DNA from: Chrysomallon squamiferum
Lineage: Eukaryota > Animalia > Mollusca
Assembly: GCA_012295275.1 (NCBI GenBank)
Contig: CM022672.1
Coordinates: forward strand, 10,354,001-10,418,000
Length of the DNA: 64,000 bases
Direction of reading: 5' to 3'
Shown here: one piece after another, positions 28,975 through 42,970 of the stretch
Numbering within the stretch: position 1 is the stretch's first letter
Layout of the letters: every line of letters starts with the position of its first letter
The notes under the pieces: generated by a model
Seen by the model: the letters and a program-made list of their open reading frames with translations, nothing else
What the model was told of the DNA's origin: nothing
The model's database searches: none
Translations under genes and position numbers: made by a program

Positions 28975-29600
28975 CATTTTTACATTCTATCACTCTTACA
29001 TCCCACTCTTACATCCCATTTTTACATTCTATCACTCTTACATCCCACTTTTACATTCTACCACTCTTACATCCCATTTTTACATTCTATCATTTACATC
29101 CCATTTTTACATTCTATCTCCATCCCAATATCTCAATTTTAATTCCCACTTTATCTCCCAATCTTAAATCCCACTTTTACATTCCATTCTTACATCACAC
29201 TTTTAAAACCCGTTCTTACATTCCATATTTTCATTCCATTTTTACATTCCACCCATACTTCCACTTTTATATTCCAAACTTATCTCTCACTTTTCCAACC
29301 CGTTTTACATTCCACGCTTAGATCTCACTTCTAAAACACTCTCTTACAATCCACATTTTCATTCCACTTTTGGACCACATTCTTATTTGTCTCTATATCC
29401 CTCTTTAAAAAGACCCACCCTTACATTTCGTATTTTCATTCCACTTTTACATCCCAGCTTTTACATTCCAGTCTTACATTCCATTTTTGCATTACGATTT
29501 TTACATTCCGATTTTTACATTCTACTGTTATCTCTCATTCTAATTTCCTACTTTGACATTCCAATTTAACAGTCCACTTTTACATCCCTAGGTTGTATGT
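28975..29600 (+). repeat. Degenerate ~14-15-bp minisatellite (ttttacat(t/c)ccac)
   Basis: Dozens of ttacatccca/ttacattcca variants; strong C-over-G strand skew. Confidence 0.9.
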
Positions 29601-29716
29601 CATTTGTGCAGTATGCTGTTATATCTCACCACTTTATATCACACTTAAGTCCCACTAATTCTATTTCATTGTTATCATCATATCATCAGATGGACCTAAC
29701 CATAAATAAAGATATA

Positions 29717-29758
<42 letters not shown>

Positions 29759-30511
29759 GAAATTACAGAAAAACCTTATGTACAGATTAACAATGTAATT
29801 AAAAATAATAATTATAAGTATTACATTTATTAGTGGGTTTTTTTTATTATTATTAATTTTACTTACATATTTATTTACTTTTTGCCTATTAATTAATTAA
29901 TTCATTAATTTATTTATTTATTTAGATTTATTTATTTATTTATTTATTTAGTTAGTTAGTTACTTACTTACTTACTTACTTACTTATTAGTATTAATTAA
30001 TTAACATTTTACCACGATTTATTTATTTACTTATTTACTTACTTTTTTTTTTTTTTTTTTTTTTTTTATCATTTTCAGCTTATTCTAACTCTCCAGATTT
30101 TAAATATTTTTGATTAATAAATTATTTATATTTTTATCAGACGTTTTAATGTTGTTTATCCATACATTTATTGTCTGGAAATAGAGTAACTTAGTAACAG
30201 ATAACGTTAGTTAACAAAGCGAAGGGAGGTCACCCAATTCATCAAGTCTGCTCAGTTCTTTATTTACGGACGTTAATGCCAATTAACGGAGTAGTAATTG
30301 TAAAATATTTTGCTTTATTTATTTATTTACAGATCAAAAACAAAAGTCAGGCATTTATGTCTTGTACTGCAGACATTTCATTCGCGAATGCGTGCGTGTT
30401 TGTGTCAATGCCTGAACAATTTCACTTAACGTCGAAAAGTCGAAATTAATTATATAATTATTTTTATTAGGCTGATGTTGTTCCTGCTTTTATTACTTGT
30501 TATTTCTATTA

Positions 30512-30966
30512 TCATTTTAGTATTACTATTACCACTACCACAACTGTTACTGCAACTACTACAGCTACCAGTATTATAACTGCTACTACTACAACAACAA
30601 TTACTGCTGCTGCTACTGTTTCTACTACAAATACTACTGTTACTAATGCTACAACCATTATTGCTATTACTACGACCACTACTACTACAACTGCCACTAT
30701 GACTACTATTACTACTACTACAACTACTATAATCACTACTACAACTATTCTTACAGTACTATTACCATTAGTACTACTACTGCTACTACTTCTATAATTA
30801 CCATCACTACCAAGGCTATTAGTATTTACATTTACTGCAAATACTACCACAACCAGCATTCTGTAACTATTATTTTTCGTTTACTTCTACCAAGAAAAAA
30901 CAGAAAAAAACAGAAAAAAAAATAACCTAATAATTAAGAAGACATAGTTCGTTACATTATAAAAAT

Positions 30967-31010
<44 letters not shown>

Positions 31011-31044
31011 TGAAGTAATAATAATGATAATGATAATAATAATA

Positions 31045-31143
<99 letters not shown>

Positions 31144-31170
31144 ATAATAATAATAATAATAATAAATTCA
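30512..31170. repeat. (ACT/GCT/AAT)n trinucleotide low-complexity block
   Basis: Direct reading; source of the poly-V/L ORFs. Confidence 0.92.
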
Positions 31171-31317
31171 TTCTCATTAATCTGTCAGACACTGATGATT
31201 AAAAAAATAATAATAATAAAAAACAAAAAAAATTATATAACTCGAAACAGAATTTAATTAAATTAAATTAAATCCAAAATGTGTTAAACATTTTTCTTTC
31301 GCCCGTTTTTTCTTCAG

Positions 31318-31377
31318 CCCATAAAACAGCCATAGGCGGTGAACTGGTGATCGATCGCTCTGCGCAGCTCAAATCCA
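31318..31377 (+). CDS. Candidate 60-nt symmetric (phase 1-1) exon (HKTAIGGELVIDRSAQLKS)
   Basis: Strong acceptor tttttctttcgcccgttttttcttcag, donor CCA|GTAAGC, GC-rich and open in phase 1. Confidence 0.5.
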
Positions 31378-31570
31378 GTAAGCAGATAAAGAAAAGGTAT
31401 ATAATTAAACTGTACTCTGATATACCGTTCCAAACAGCTGGCGTGCTAATCGATTTTACAGTCAGACGACACCAAGGACGCGTGACTTAAATTATCGGAA
31501 ATCGAGAGGGGAGATAAATCAGGGGAGATAAATCATCTTCCAAAATTTTTATTACTAAAGTTTGATAAAT

Positions 31571-31601
<31 letters not shown>

Positions 31602-32330
31602 GTTTTCGTGTGTCATTTACTTTACTTTTTTCAGTGATAATCAAATGCATTAAATTAACGTAAATATTAAAAGAAATAGAGGCTATTATAGTCCTTTGTA
31701 TCTGATGTTATTTCCTATTTATATGTGTATTTGGATGGATGCAAGGACGGATGGATGGATGGATCGATCGATCGATGTATAAATTTATGTACATATGAAT
31801 GTATGCAGGTATTAAAGTATATGTGTATGTACAAGTAAGTATTATAATAATGATGATAATGTTAATAAAAGCAGCATTAATAATGATGATAATGTTGATG
31901 TTAATGATAATGATGATAATAATAATATTTTTAATAAAATAATATATAAAAAAAAATAAATAAAAATAATCAAAATATATAAATTTCTTTCAAAAATCAT
32001 AAATAATAGAAAACTATAAAATATTAAAATATAGGAAAACGACCATGCACTATAATTAAGCTGGACGTCTGTTCAAATAACTGAAAAAAAAAAAAAGATT
32101 AAAAATTAAAATTAAAATTAAAAGCGCCTGTTTCAGGCTGCAACGTCAAATTTCGTCTGCTATTTGGGACACGTGCGCGATCTTAAGCAGCAACCGATGA
32201 CACACGGAACACAAAAACAAACAAAACAAAAACAAATTAAAATGATAATGTCACGCAATAAATCAATTATAAAGCGCTTCCAAAAAATTTGAATTAATAT
32301 CGAATAACCGGATATGAACAAAAAAAATAA

Positions 32331-32364
<34 letters not shown>

Positions 32365-33034
32365 TAATAATAATAAAAAAAATTAAAATTCTACATATCG
32401 TATTATTATTGTTCTGTAATGGTTGTTTCTTTCCATAGATATATATAAATTATATCTGCAAGATCTCTAAGCAGCAGCTGTCAAAAAGCAACAAAAGTCG
32501 GTAGAAGCCCCCAGACGATCTCAGTTACTACAAATCCATAAATGACAACTTGTTTAATACCGCAAAATGCATTTGGATACGCACTGTGCACGCATTGTTA
32601 GCTAATGTGCTGCAGATATCACTTTGTTTAGAATCACTGCAACATATTGCATTTAATTTATGTCGTTCCGAGTGTGTTCTTTCTTTCGTTTATTTTTGTT
32701 TTATTTTTTTTATATATATATATATATATATATAAGTTCTATTACTGTTATTATTGTTGTTGTTATTGTTGTTATTATTATTAATTATTACTATTATTAT
32801 TATTATTATTATTATTACTTTTATAATTGTTGTTGTTATTATTAATTAATACAATTACTATTATTATTATTTTTATTATTTTTTTTTTTTTTTTTTTTTT
32901 TTTTCAAATGGAAGTTCCGCAAATTTGTAGCGAATAATCAGTTACAATTAAAATAAATTAAATGTTTTGTCTGTTCCATATTTCAAAACAAATACGTAAA
33001 ATAAAATAAACGACATATTACCTGTTAACACACA

Positions 33035-33130
<96 letters not shown>

Positions 33131-33204
33131 CTCTCTCTCTCTATATATATATGTATTTATCTACCTTTATTTTATGTCTGTCAGTTTCTGTGTTTTCATA
33201 ATAA

Positions 33205-33340
33205 GAGAGGAAACTCGTTTCTGTTAAACTTGCAGGTCACACTTCGATTATGAGAAAGATATTGTATGCATTTATAAACTGAAAGGCAACGACCCAGTCT
33301 TCGATAAACCAGTGGTAGCCAGACATAAGGATCGATCCTG
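33205..33340 (-). mobile_element. Decayed SINE fragment
   Basis: cagtcttcgataaaccagt (33295-33313) is the reverse complement of 34728-34746 with 1 mismatch; ggatcgatcc B-box-like motif at about 33329. Confidence 0.5.
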
Positions 33341-33384
33341 TTACTAAACCATTCTTTACACCAGTGTTTAACCATTCTTCCGAT

Positions 33385-33420
<36 letters not shown>

Positions 33421-34455
33421 TCCACAAATATCAAATCACGAACAATTACATGATTCAGAAAAACTAACTACACACTTTCTCAGTTTCAAAAAATTAAAAA
33501 AAAAAAAAAAAAAAAAAAAATATTTTATAATAAAACAGCCACGTTAATAATAATTCGCCCTGCGGGCAAATAACACATGCTAAAGCACAAATAATTTATT
33601 GAAAATGTTCTAATAGCTTTTCCATTAAACTTTCATAGGTTCCACCACCCAATTAGTTTGCAGTTTCTAACTGCATCTGTGTAAATTACGACGCGCGACA
33701 ACGGTTTCTTTGTCGGTGTGCAACCGTGTTTCAATTAGGCTGGCACTGAACAGAGCTAATCTGCCAGCTGTTGGTCGTTTTTAACATCAGAAGTGAGTTG
33801 AGTGAAAATTCTGGTTTTTAATCCTGTACGCATCAGTTGCCACTCCTTAAACAAGGAGTGGCCTGGGGTTTTTGTGTGTTTTTTTTTTTTGTTTTTTTTG
33901 TTTGTGTGGTTTTTTTGTCAGTATTATCATATAAACCGCAAATGAAACAGAAATTAATATAAATTTGTCGTGTGAAATGGATAAATTGTGAAGTTTGATT
34001 AATGAATGTTACGTAACGATTTATTACCCTGGGGACAAAACGTGCATTCGCCGCGTCTGCTCCATTTGTCACCGTCGTTCACGTGATAAGTCGTTAGTTT
34101 TTTTTTCCTTTTTTTTTTTTTATATATATTTTGTTTGTTGTTGTTTTTTCTTTTTTGTTTTTTTTTTTTTTTTTTTATTATTATTATTATTTTATTTTTT
34201 TTTTTAATTTAAATTTTTATTAATTTGTTTTTTAATTATTTTTCATTATTCTTTTATATATACATGTTTTTTCTTTTTTATTTTCTTTATATTATTTTTT
34301 TAAATATATTTAAAAAATATATATATATTTTTTTTTTTTCACAGCTGTTTATATTCGTTGCAGACTATAATAACACTCATAATAAGAGACCGTTCGTACC
34401 TTTTTTCATTTTCTATTTTTTATTTTTTATTTTTATTATTATTATTATTTTATTT

Positions 34456-34512
<57 letters not shown>

Positions 34513-34659
34513 CAAACATCATAAATATCAAAATTAATTTGTTCAAACCATGTTCTGCTAACCCAGATTTAACTTATTTCCAAACTCTTTGAACTGAAAA
34601 AGAAAGGAATATTATTGTCTGTCCTTAAAATCAAAACATTTTTCAATTAAAATTGAACT

Positions 34660-34865
34660 TCGTCGTGTAAGATCGAATCTTGTCGTCGGACTAATTGCGT
34701 ATTTCTCCGTTCCACCCACTGCCAGTGACTGGTCTATCGAAGACTGTGGTATGTGATGTGGTGTTGATGCCAGTGGGAAATTAAAGCCGTTTTCTTCTAA
34801 AGATTATTGCCAATACTTATGAGAGATAAGTAATTAATTGCCTCTGATGGATTTGTTAAAGTATC
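34660..34865 (+). mobile_element. Decayed SINE (Meta/MESC-like core plus tail)
   Basis: agatcgaatc...tatttctccgttccacccactgccagtgactggtctatcgaagactgtggtatgtg, followed by a ...tgttaaag tail. Confidence 0.6.
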
Positions 34866-35386
34866 ACCTATCTCTGACAAATAATATCAGTTACTCTTAA
34901 CATCAGCATTTTGTAATAAGCTAACTTTTTGTAGTATCAGTGTTGCAATAATAATAATAATAATAATAACATGACAGTTATATATATATTTGTTTATTTA
35001 TTTATCTATACATCCATCCATTCATCCATCTATTCATTCATCCAGCTGTCTGTCTGTCAGTATCCATATATTCATCTGTACATTTATCTATGTATCTGTC
35101 TACCTATTTATCTATCCATCTATCTACATATTCTGCTGCCTACTTGTCTGTGGGAAGGTATATATAAAATTTCAGCAAGTGACAATAGATTAAAACTGCT
35201 GAACGTGTAAAATAAAATATCTCTCTGCTTTCTTGTTTTTTTTTATGACTAATATTTCCGTCCTTGCATCAAACTTTCCAGCATACTTTAAAGATGAAAT
35301 TCGAAGTCTGTTCATTTGATTTTATTGTTTTGTCATTGTTTGCTTTAGTGAATAAATGTATGTGTGTGTGATTGTGAACGTATGTG

Positions 35387-35421
<35 letters not shown>

Positions 35422-35765
35422 GTTATTATTATTATTATTATTTTACCTGTTTTTAATATTTTTGTACACAGAGGAAAACAAATTATATGGAAATGTAAAT
35501 AAAGTACTCAAAATATAACAATTGTGATAAAAAATACCTATAGCGTTTGATACTTTTGTCAGTTTTCTTTTTTTTCTTTTTCCTCCTTTATTTTTTTTTT
35601 ATTTACAACTGTTTTTGCTATTGTTGCTGCTATCACCACTAATTATTACTCAGCATTACTATAACTACTACTACTTCTACTACAACTACTACTACTACTA
35701 CTACTACCATTGTAATTTTCATTATCATATTGTCATCTTCATCATCACTATTATTGTTGTTGTTG

Positions 35766-35796
<31 letters not shown>

Positions 35797-36383
35797 TGCT
35801 GCTGTTGTTGTTACTGGTTATTGATTAAAACAATTATTTTCAAGAAACTGATTATTATCAGGTTGTTTAAATTCTTATTATACGTAACCCACACTGTGCC
35901 CCTGTTACAGATTTATGTTTTGTCTGACGTAAATATTAGTTTTTCTTAACCGAAAAACTGAACATACACACACAAACAAAAATACCACAATATATATGCA
36001 GAAATACAAAACATTACAATTTCACTTAGTACATAAGCTGAAAAATACCCTGTGATTTTCAAATCAACATGAATAGCAACTTCATGTACGTATGTTGTAT
36101 GATGGGTTTTTTTTTATTTGTATTGATTATTATTTTTTATTGTGTGTATACATATATAAATATATATATCGCACAACGAAAGGAATATTTAAAAGATAAA
36201 CTAAAAACCTGCACTGTCAAACGCATTGCATTTCTTTTGATATTATTTCATATTTATTTTTCCTTTTCAAACGCACTCTCAGTCAAAAAGCAGTTGTCAG
36301 TTATTCACTTGTTACACCTCCTTGCACTAGCACAGCTGTCAACTTCTTTCAACTCTTTCCTTCCTAGTTTTTATCTCAGCAAA

Positions 36384-36950
36384 CCACGCCCACAAGCACT
36401 CGAGCTGCATGATGTCATTCGTCTCCTGATGTAATTTACAAACCATCATCACAAATCATTACAGAGACGGATCAACGAGTTTTACGAAGGCATAAAAAAA
36501 AAAAAAATAAAAAAAAAATAAACCAAAAAAGAAAGAAGAAAAATACAAACAAATAAAAACCAGTGCCAGTGATGAGAAGAAATGGACGCGATCAAAAAGA
36601 AGACTGGTTGGTGCCTTAAAGAGAATGAAAAATATATACAGTTATAAAGTAAGTAAACAAATAAGTAGGCGTTGCTGACTCCATTATGTAACTCTGCGCC
36701 TGTAGTGGTAATTAAGGAAAATTTCAGAAACATTTCTAATTTGCTAACGAGTTATACGACACATTTATTAAGCATTAATATTATAATTAATTCTTTTAAC
36801 CGCAACATCAGGTGGAAATTTCACGTTTCGTTAAACACAAACCAGATTTTAATGCGCGCCATTAATTTCCAGCAAATTTAACTGCATATTCATCTCTAAT
36901 TAGAGGAGGAGCCGAATGAAATGGGCGGTGCGGGCTGGGAGGCGGAGCTA
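36384..36950. promoter_or_regulatory. Sp/KLF GC-box cluster, possible promoter or enhancer
   Basis: CCACGCCC (36384-36391), GGGCGG (36923-36928) and GGGAGGCGGAGC (36937-36948) in otherwise very AT-rich DNA. Confidence 0.4.
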
Positions 36951-37139
36951 GAATGAATTCCCTTGACAAGACTACATGTGATTAACTTTCTGGAATAACA
37001 TTTTAAAAATGTGTTTCATACGTCCAAACTTAGGACGATATTTTCTGTAACATCGTTTATTTTTATTTTTTATTTATTTATTATTTTTAAAATAAATTTT
37101 ATATCTTAATAGATTCCAGTTTTATTTATTGTTTTATTT

Positions 37140-37214
<75 letters not shown>

Positions 37215-37920
37215 GATGTTGTTTTTAATTCCATTCTCGATATTTCTGAAAAATATGTAAATTAACTGCTATCATTTTTTCCGAAGAGAATTTATTTTTT
37301 CCAGCAATATAATATTGATTTAATTTTTATTTAATTGAGAAGCATCAATTTAACGTTATATTTATGAATGAAAAGATTGTTGTTGTTGTTTTTATTTATT
37401 TGTATTTATTTATTTATTTATTCAATTTTTAAAATAATTTTTAAATATTTTTCTGTAGTTAAGTTAGCCTTTTTATTTAATATTATTACATTTATTTATT
37501 TGTTTGTTTGTTTGTTTGTTTGTAAATGTTTTTATTTATATCATCATCATCGTTATATATACATCACAGAGTGTTTGCAAGTTTTGAAACAGTTTCGTTT
37601 ATTGTGTATGATTTAAGGACGAAATTAATGGAGCTATAATAAACAAATAAATATTTAGTTTTGATTTATAAAGTATTTTAGTGTCATTTGTTACGTTCTG
37701 ATTGTGTCACCCTCTGAAAAGCGACAAATCGTGCAGCGATTTAATCTTTTTTTTTCCTCTCTGTTTACAATCATGAAAGCAAACGTTTGGGCCTTTTTTA
37801 TGATCTTTAATATTGAATGTATTCGTTTATAATAGTTATAGTAACACAGATTTACTATATTTCCAATTTTGTTTTAAATATAATAATAATTAAGGATGAT
37901 GATGATGATAACAGTAATAA

Positions 37921-38005
37921 TAATAATAATAATAACAGTACTAGTAGTAATAGGTGTTGTAAGAGTTGTAGTAGTAATAATAATGATTATAATAATAATA
38001 ATAAT

Positions 38006-38053
<48 letters not shown>

Positions 38054-38113
38054 AATAATAATAACAGTACTAGTAGTAATAGGTGTTGTAAGAGTTGTAG
38101 TAGTAATAATAAT
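37921..38113 (+). repeat. ~63-bp direct duplication embedded in (AAT/AAC)n
   Basis: aacagtactagtagtaataggtgttgtaagagttgtagtagtaat occurs twice. Confidence 0.9.
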
Positions 38114-38145
38114 AATGGTAATAATAACAAAACAGCAACAACAAC

Positions 38146-38177
<32 letters not shown>

Positions 38178-38239
38178 AGAAGAAGAAGAAAGAAATGTGT
38201 TCTGGTCGAAGCATTCAACAGGTTGTTTAAATTACAGTT

Positions 38240-38765
38240 ATACGGTATCGTTTAGGTTTGAATCTTGTGGGTGATGTGTTCTCTGTAGGAAACACTTCTT
38301 CCTGCCAGTACCAAAATGTAGAAGGTTTCCTTCCCCTCAAGATTTTGTCCGAATTCCCCAAATTAATGTAACGATTAATAAACGACAATTAATTAAAGAC
38401 CTCTAATAGTGTTGTTAAAGTACTGATAATAATATTAGAAATACTTAATAATAATACTTTTTTTTTTTTTTTAAATATATGAGATGCATTTTGTATTAAC
38501 TATCAGTTCTGCATCATAAAAAATGACCCGTTCTGTAATAAAACTTGGAATCCATTTTGTAGTAACATTTGGCCCGTTCTGAAATAATATTATAATATAT
38601 GAAGTGTTATGGAAGATTGTACAGATATATAATATACCCGTTTTTTATACATTAAGGTGGGATTTAACGAGTTTGTTGTGCTTCATTGGCAAGATCAAAT
38701 CGCCTCGGTGGAACTGGTTACAGTTTATTCCGGAACCAGTGCTCCATGACTTGGTCGTGATCAAG
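38240..38765 (+). mobile_element. Two decayed SINE fragments (38240-38422 and 38688-38765)
   Basis: aaaatgtagaaggtttcc...gtgttgttaaag tail and agatcaaatcgcctcggtgg...ccagtgctccatgacttgg core, matching the other copies. Confidence 0.5.
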
Positions 38766-38882
38766 CATATACACGCGCACGCACGCACTTACACATTCGC
38801 AAAAAACACACATACATATGTTTCTGCATCTATGCATTTGTGTGTGTTTATATAGTTTGTATGTACGTACGTGTTCATAATA

Positions 38883-38914
<32 letters not shown>

Positions 38915-38960
38915 CGTGTAGGTGTGTGTTTCTATGTATTATGAGTGTATGTATGTATAT

Positions 38961-38995
<35 letters not shown>

Positions 38996-39499
38996 ACATA
39001 TACAGTTATGATGATTGAATAGATATGTTTGTGTTTAATAATAACAATAATAAAATATTTGTGTGTGCGTTATGTTGGTGTATACGGATTTATAAATGAT
39101 ACATTCTTTAACAAAAGAAAAAAACAACTTGTTCGCACTTTAGTTTATAGTTAAACAGAAAATCTGTTCTGTTTAAATCCGTTCAGTATAATACATATAT
39201 ACATATAGATAACCAGTAATATATAAATTTACCCAGCGTGTTCTATAGATGTAAGATAGATCTTGCCCACATTCGTGTTTATCAATCATTCGTATTGATA
39301 CTAGAATGGTAATTTGTATTTCAGATAACTTATTATTCCGTTTCATACAGAAAAATCAATTTAGCAACAGTTCACTTTATTTTATTAACATAAACATTAT
39401 TTTAATGTATTACTACACCTGAGAGTAATGAATAATTTTAAGTCACTAAATAACATTAGCCCACCTTTTCACTTGTCCTTTCGATGCTCTCTGTTTACT

Positions 39500-39600
39500 G
39501 CAATGTACGCGTGACCTAATTGTTGTTTTGTCGCGCATGCGTACTGTCGGCCAGTGGGTCGGGGACTAGGTTCTCTGATATTTGGCCGTATTAAAATTTG
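39500..39600 (+). promoter_or_regulatory. Probable housekeeping-type promoter with an NRF1/ewg-like site
   Basis: cgcgcatgcgta at 39532-39543 in a CpG-rich patch, about 160 bp upstream of an ATG exon and just upstream of the CpG-depleted domain. Confidence 0.55.
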
Positions 39601-39699
39601 TTATATTGAGGTTCCTTCAAACTGACAGCTATTATTTTCTAAAGAAAATATATGTGTGGATCTCTCTACAATAATTTATGTTGTCTGTAACCAAGAAAT

Positions 39700-39808
39700 A
39701 TGATTCAGACGTCGGAAAAAGCCGATTCCAACCAAGTACATGCATCTTCCGATAACTCTGTGGAAGAACCTGTACCGTCTGCCGACCTAGAGGATAATGC
39801 TGTCGAAG
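39700..39808 (+). CDS. Probable first coding exon of an unidentified gene (MIQTSEKADSNQVHASSDNSVEEPVPSADLEDNAVE), acidic disordered N-terminus
   Basis: AATATG with an in-frame TAA just upstream, 36 codons plus G, donor AAG|GTAAAG (phase 1). Followed by more than 24 kb of CpG-depleted intron-like DNA. Confidence 0.6.
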
Positions 39809-40358
39809 GTAAAGCTAATTTCCAGCACTCTCTGTAGTGAGGGTTTAAATAAAGACTGTGCATAGTTGACGTGGGGCCAATTAAGCACGTGCACCCAATA
39901 ATATATCGCTGTGTTGACATGCACGTGAGAGCGAACTAAGCGGTTGTATAGGTATAGGAAATGGTGTCAACCGGTGTGCAGCCTAACATTCCCTTGTATG
40001 TGCTTCATACCCGTTACCTTTATCGCTTACTAATTTTTAGATTGCATTTTCCCCCTATAAATAAATATTATAAGAGTTGATTTTGAGTGGAAATAGATAT
40101 GAATAATGAATGGGTTTTATTTACTGTTTTTGAAGGTAGTTCTACTTGTAAAACGTCAAACATGCTTTTGGTTTTATGGGAAGTTGGCTATAGTTTGTTC
40201 CAGAATTATTTGGTACGTAAATTATTACTGTAAACAAACGTGATTTTTCCAGTTCCAGTGTTTCAGTTTGACTTTATGAATGTGGGTGACACTGTCATGT
40301 TTATAACAGTAATAAATGCTATTGAATAATGGCCAAAATAAATCTTTTTAATCAGTAT

Positions 40359-40389
<31 letters not shown>

Positions 40390-40899
40390 TATTTATAAAT
40401 TTCACATCCATTTGCTCGTTTTTGTTTCAAAGCATTTGGTAAATCAAAGGAAAATAATATTTTTGTTTTCAGTTTTTATTTTCCAAACAGTACATTTTTA
40501 AATCTAAAGGAACAATCCATGCAGATAACAATCATCAGTAAAAATGTATTGGTAAAAAGTAATAGTTGTCAGTTTGAAGATTTTGTTTATATATATTAAA
40601 ACACTACTCCAGATACCAGTTGTCCCTGACTTCATGGTCGTCAGTTTTTTCATTTGACTAATACGAGTATCTTTGATATAAAACTCATCTATTATGGACA
40701 CAATCTTTTAATGACCACTGTCCAGGGTGTGACAGGTTTTCTCCCTTACAATGGAGTTATTTTTCAAATAAACATCTTTCCTTCATTTATTTTTAGCCAT
40801 GATCATTTTTTTAGCTATAACATGTTTTTTGTGTATTTTCATCAAAGATAGTAATGAGTTCACACAAATTCCTTAAATCACAAGATTAAAGACTTATTA

Positions 40900-41465
40900 C
40901 AGTGGTCCCACATGATAAGGACATATAGTTACTCAGAGATGTTCATTAACTGAACTGTCATCCAAGATATCTGTACTGAGAATGGAAAGTGGGCTGTGGT
41001 GTAGTTGGTTAGAATTGCAGAGGGTTGATGAGTTTGTCAGTTAATTAATAAATTTCTTCCAGTTTCTTGTGAATTAATTAGTTGGGTTTTTGCACTGGTT
41101 TCTGCAAACAACAGTTTTAGAGCAGGCAACTCACTGAATGTTAAACTGCTTGTCAGTCAGAGTGGAATATAGGCAGTGCTTAGATTGATTGCTTGACAAA
41201 TGAATTGCAAGATAAATGTTTCTCAGTGTATCCATTATGCTATGTTATATTTCAATCATTCATTTATTTCTCAAGGACCATCATATGCATGATTATGGCT
41301 ATCTTAATGAACTTAAACTAAGTGGGCATCACTGAAAGTGGTAACAGAAGCTATTTTTTATTTTATATTTATATACTGAAAAAATCTTAATAAATTTATT
41401 AATAATTAAATCACACTGAGATGTAGTTCAGTGTGTGTTGATGTCAGATAATAGATGGACTACTG
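40900..41465. mobile_element. Old pogo/Tigger-type MITE
   Basis: TA|cagtggtcc...gacat at left and atgtc...ggactactg|TA at right form a degenerate TIR pair with TA TSD. Confidence 0.45.
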
Positions 41466-42769
41466 TATTTCTTGTCAGTACAGATGAAAATTAATGTCAA
41501 CAGCACACAACAAAATTCTGGCTCAGTTTGTATGACATTTTTATACAGTTAGTGTTTATCATTTTAAGAACAATTTCAAACAATTTCGAACAGCAGGATG
41601 TAACTTTGACAATGTCTATCAGTATTTGTTTCAGCATTAACATTAATAAATATTTAAATAAATTGTTATAAAACACTGACAACTAAGGTGTATATAACTT
41701 TACAGTGTTAGCCAGATTAACAGTATAAGTTAATGCTTTTGTTTAAGAAAAGACTATATCTGTGTGGTTGCAAAAGATGCAAACCACTGCTTTATGAGTT
41801 GTTTTTTCTGGGTTATTTTCTTTTTTGTGGTGTTGATATTTTTTCTAAGATAGGTTCTTTCAGAAATTTAATAACAGTATAATTAAAACTGTTGTATTAT
41901 TCCTAAATCTAAACTGTCTTATTATAACCGAGCAATTATATAATTACTAAATAATCACTGTTTTGATAAGTAAAGAGTTTTTTAATTATTAGCAACATTA
42001 TGTTCAGTAATTTTAATTTTTATTAGAGATGGCTACGTATTTTTTTTTCCTTGAGGAAAAGTAGTAGTTAATATAAGTTGTCCTCCAGATATTCAGGGAT
42101 ACTGTTAACCTGTTATATTATTTCTTAATTCTAAATAACTTATATTTGTTCCCATACAAAATTTTCATATGTCCCTTCCCCTATCGGTGCACTTTTCTGT
42201 TTGCCTTTTTTTACTATTTTTTTCAATTTGAGTTTCGAAACTAAACTAAAATAAATAAAATAAACAAAATCAAAAACCAGTGTTAAAAGAAACCAGATCC
42301 ATCATAAAACATGGTGTTTTATTTGCTGTACAAGACCTGGTAGGAAAAGATCACATAATACATTAGATGTTATTTATAGTACTTGCAGATGTGCACTGTA
42401 TACACTCATACTGTTTGTAGTTTCTGTTCCTGTAATATATATTATTTAACACACTCAATAGGTAGTAGTATAGAATATCATCAGCTGAAAATATCTGAAG
42501 CATGAATGATAAATCATTAAAGTTATATCAGTATTACTGCTGCGGTAAAACTGGCAAATCCAGCAAAATAGTTGTTAATATAATAATAAGGGTATATTAT
42601 ATTCTCAGATACAAAGAAGAGCTTGATTATGTTTGTACAAAGGAAGATTATAATTGTATCAACTTTTAGAATTAAGACATTCTCAGAGGAATTATTAAGT
42701 TCACTGGTGATCTTTTTAAGCAGTAAATAACAATATGCATATGTACATATGTGTATACCTCCATATACG

Positions 42770-42798
42770 CACACATACACACACACATGTAAACACAC

Positions 42799-42832
<34 letters not shown>

Positions 42833-42844
42833 ATACATACATAC

Positions 42845-42889
<45 letters not shown>

Positions 42890-42898
42890 TATACATAC

Positions 42899-42946
<48 letters not shown>

Positions 42947-42970
42947 ACACACACACACATATATATAATA
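42770..42970. repeat. (TA/CA)n microsatellite
   Basis: Direct reading. Confidence 0.95.

Noticed and set aside
40990-41025. tRNA-like A-box words (also 16590-16612 on the minus strand)
   Set aside because: No cloverleaf or B box at the right spacing; at most SINE head remnants, not tRNA genes.
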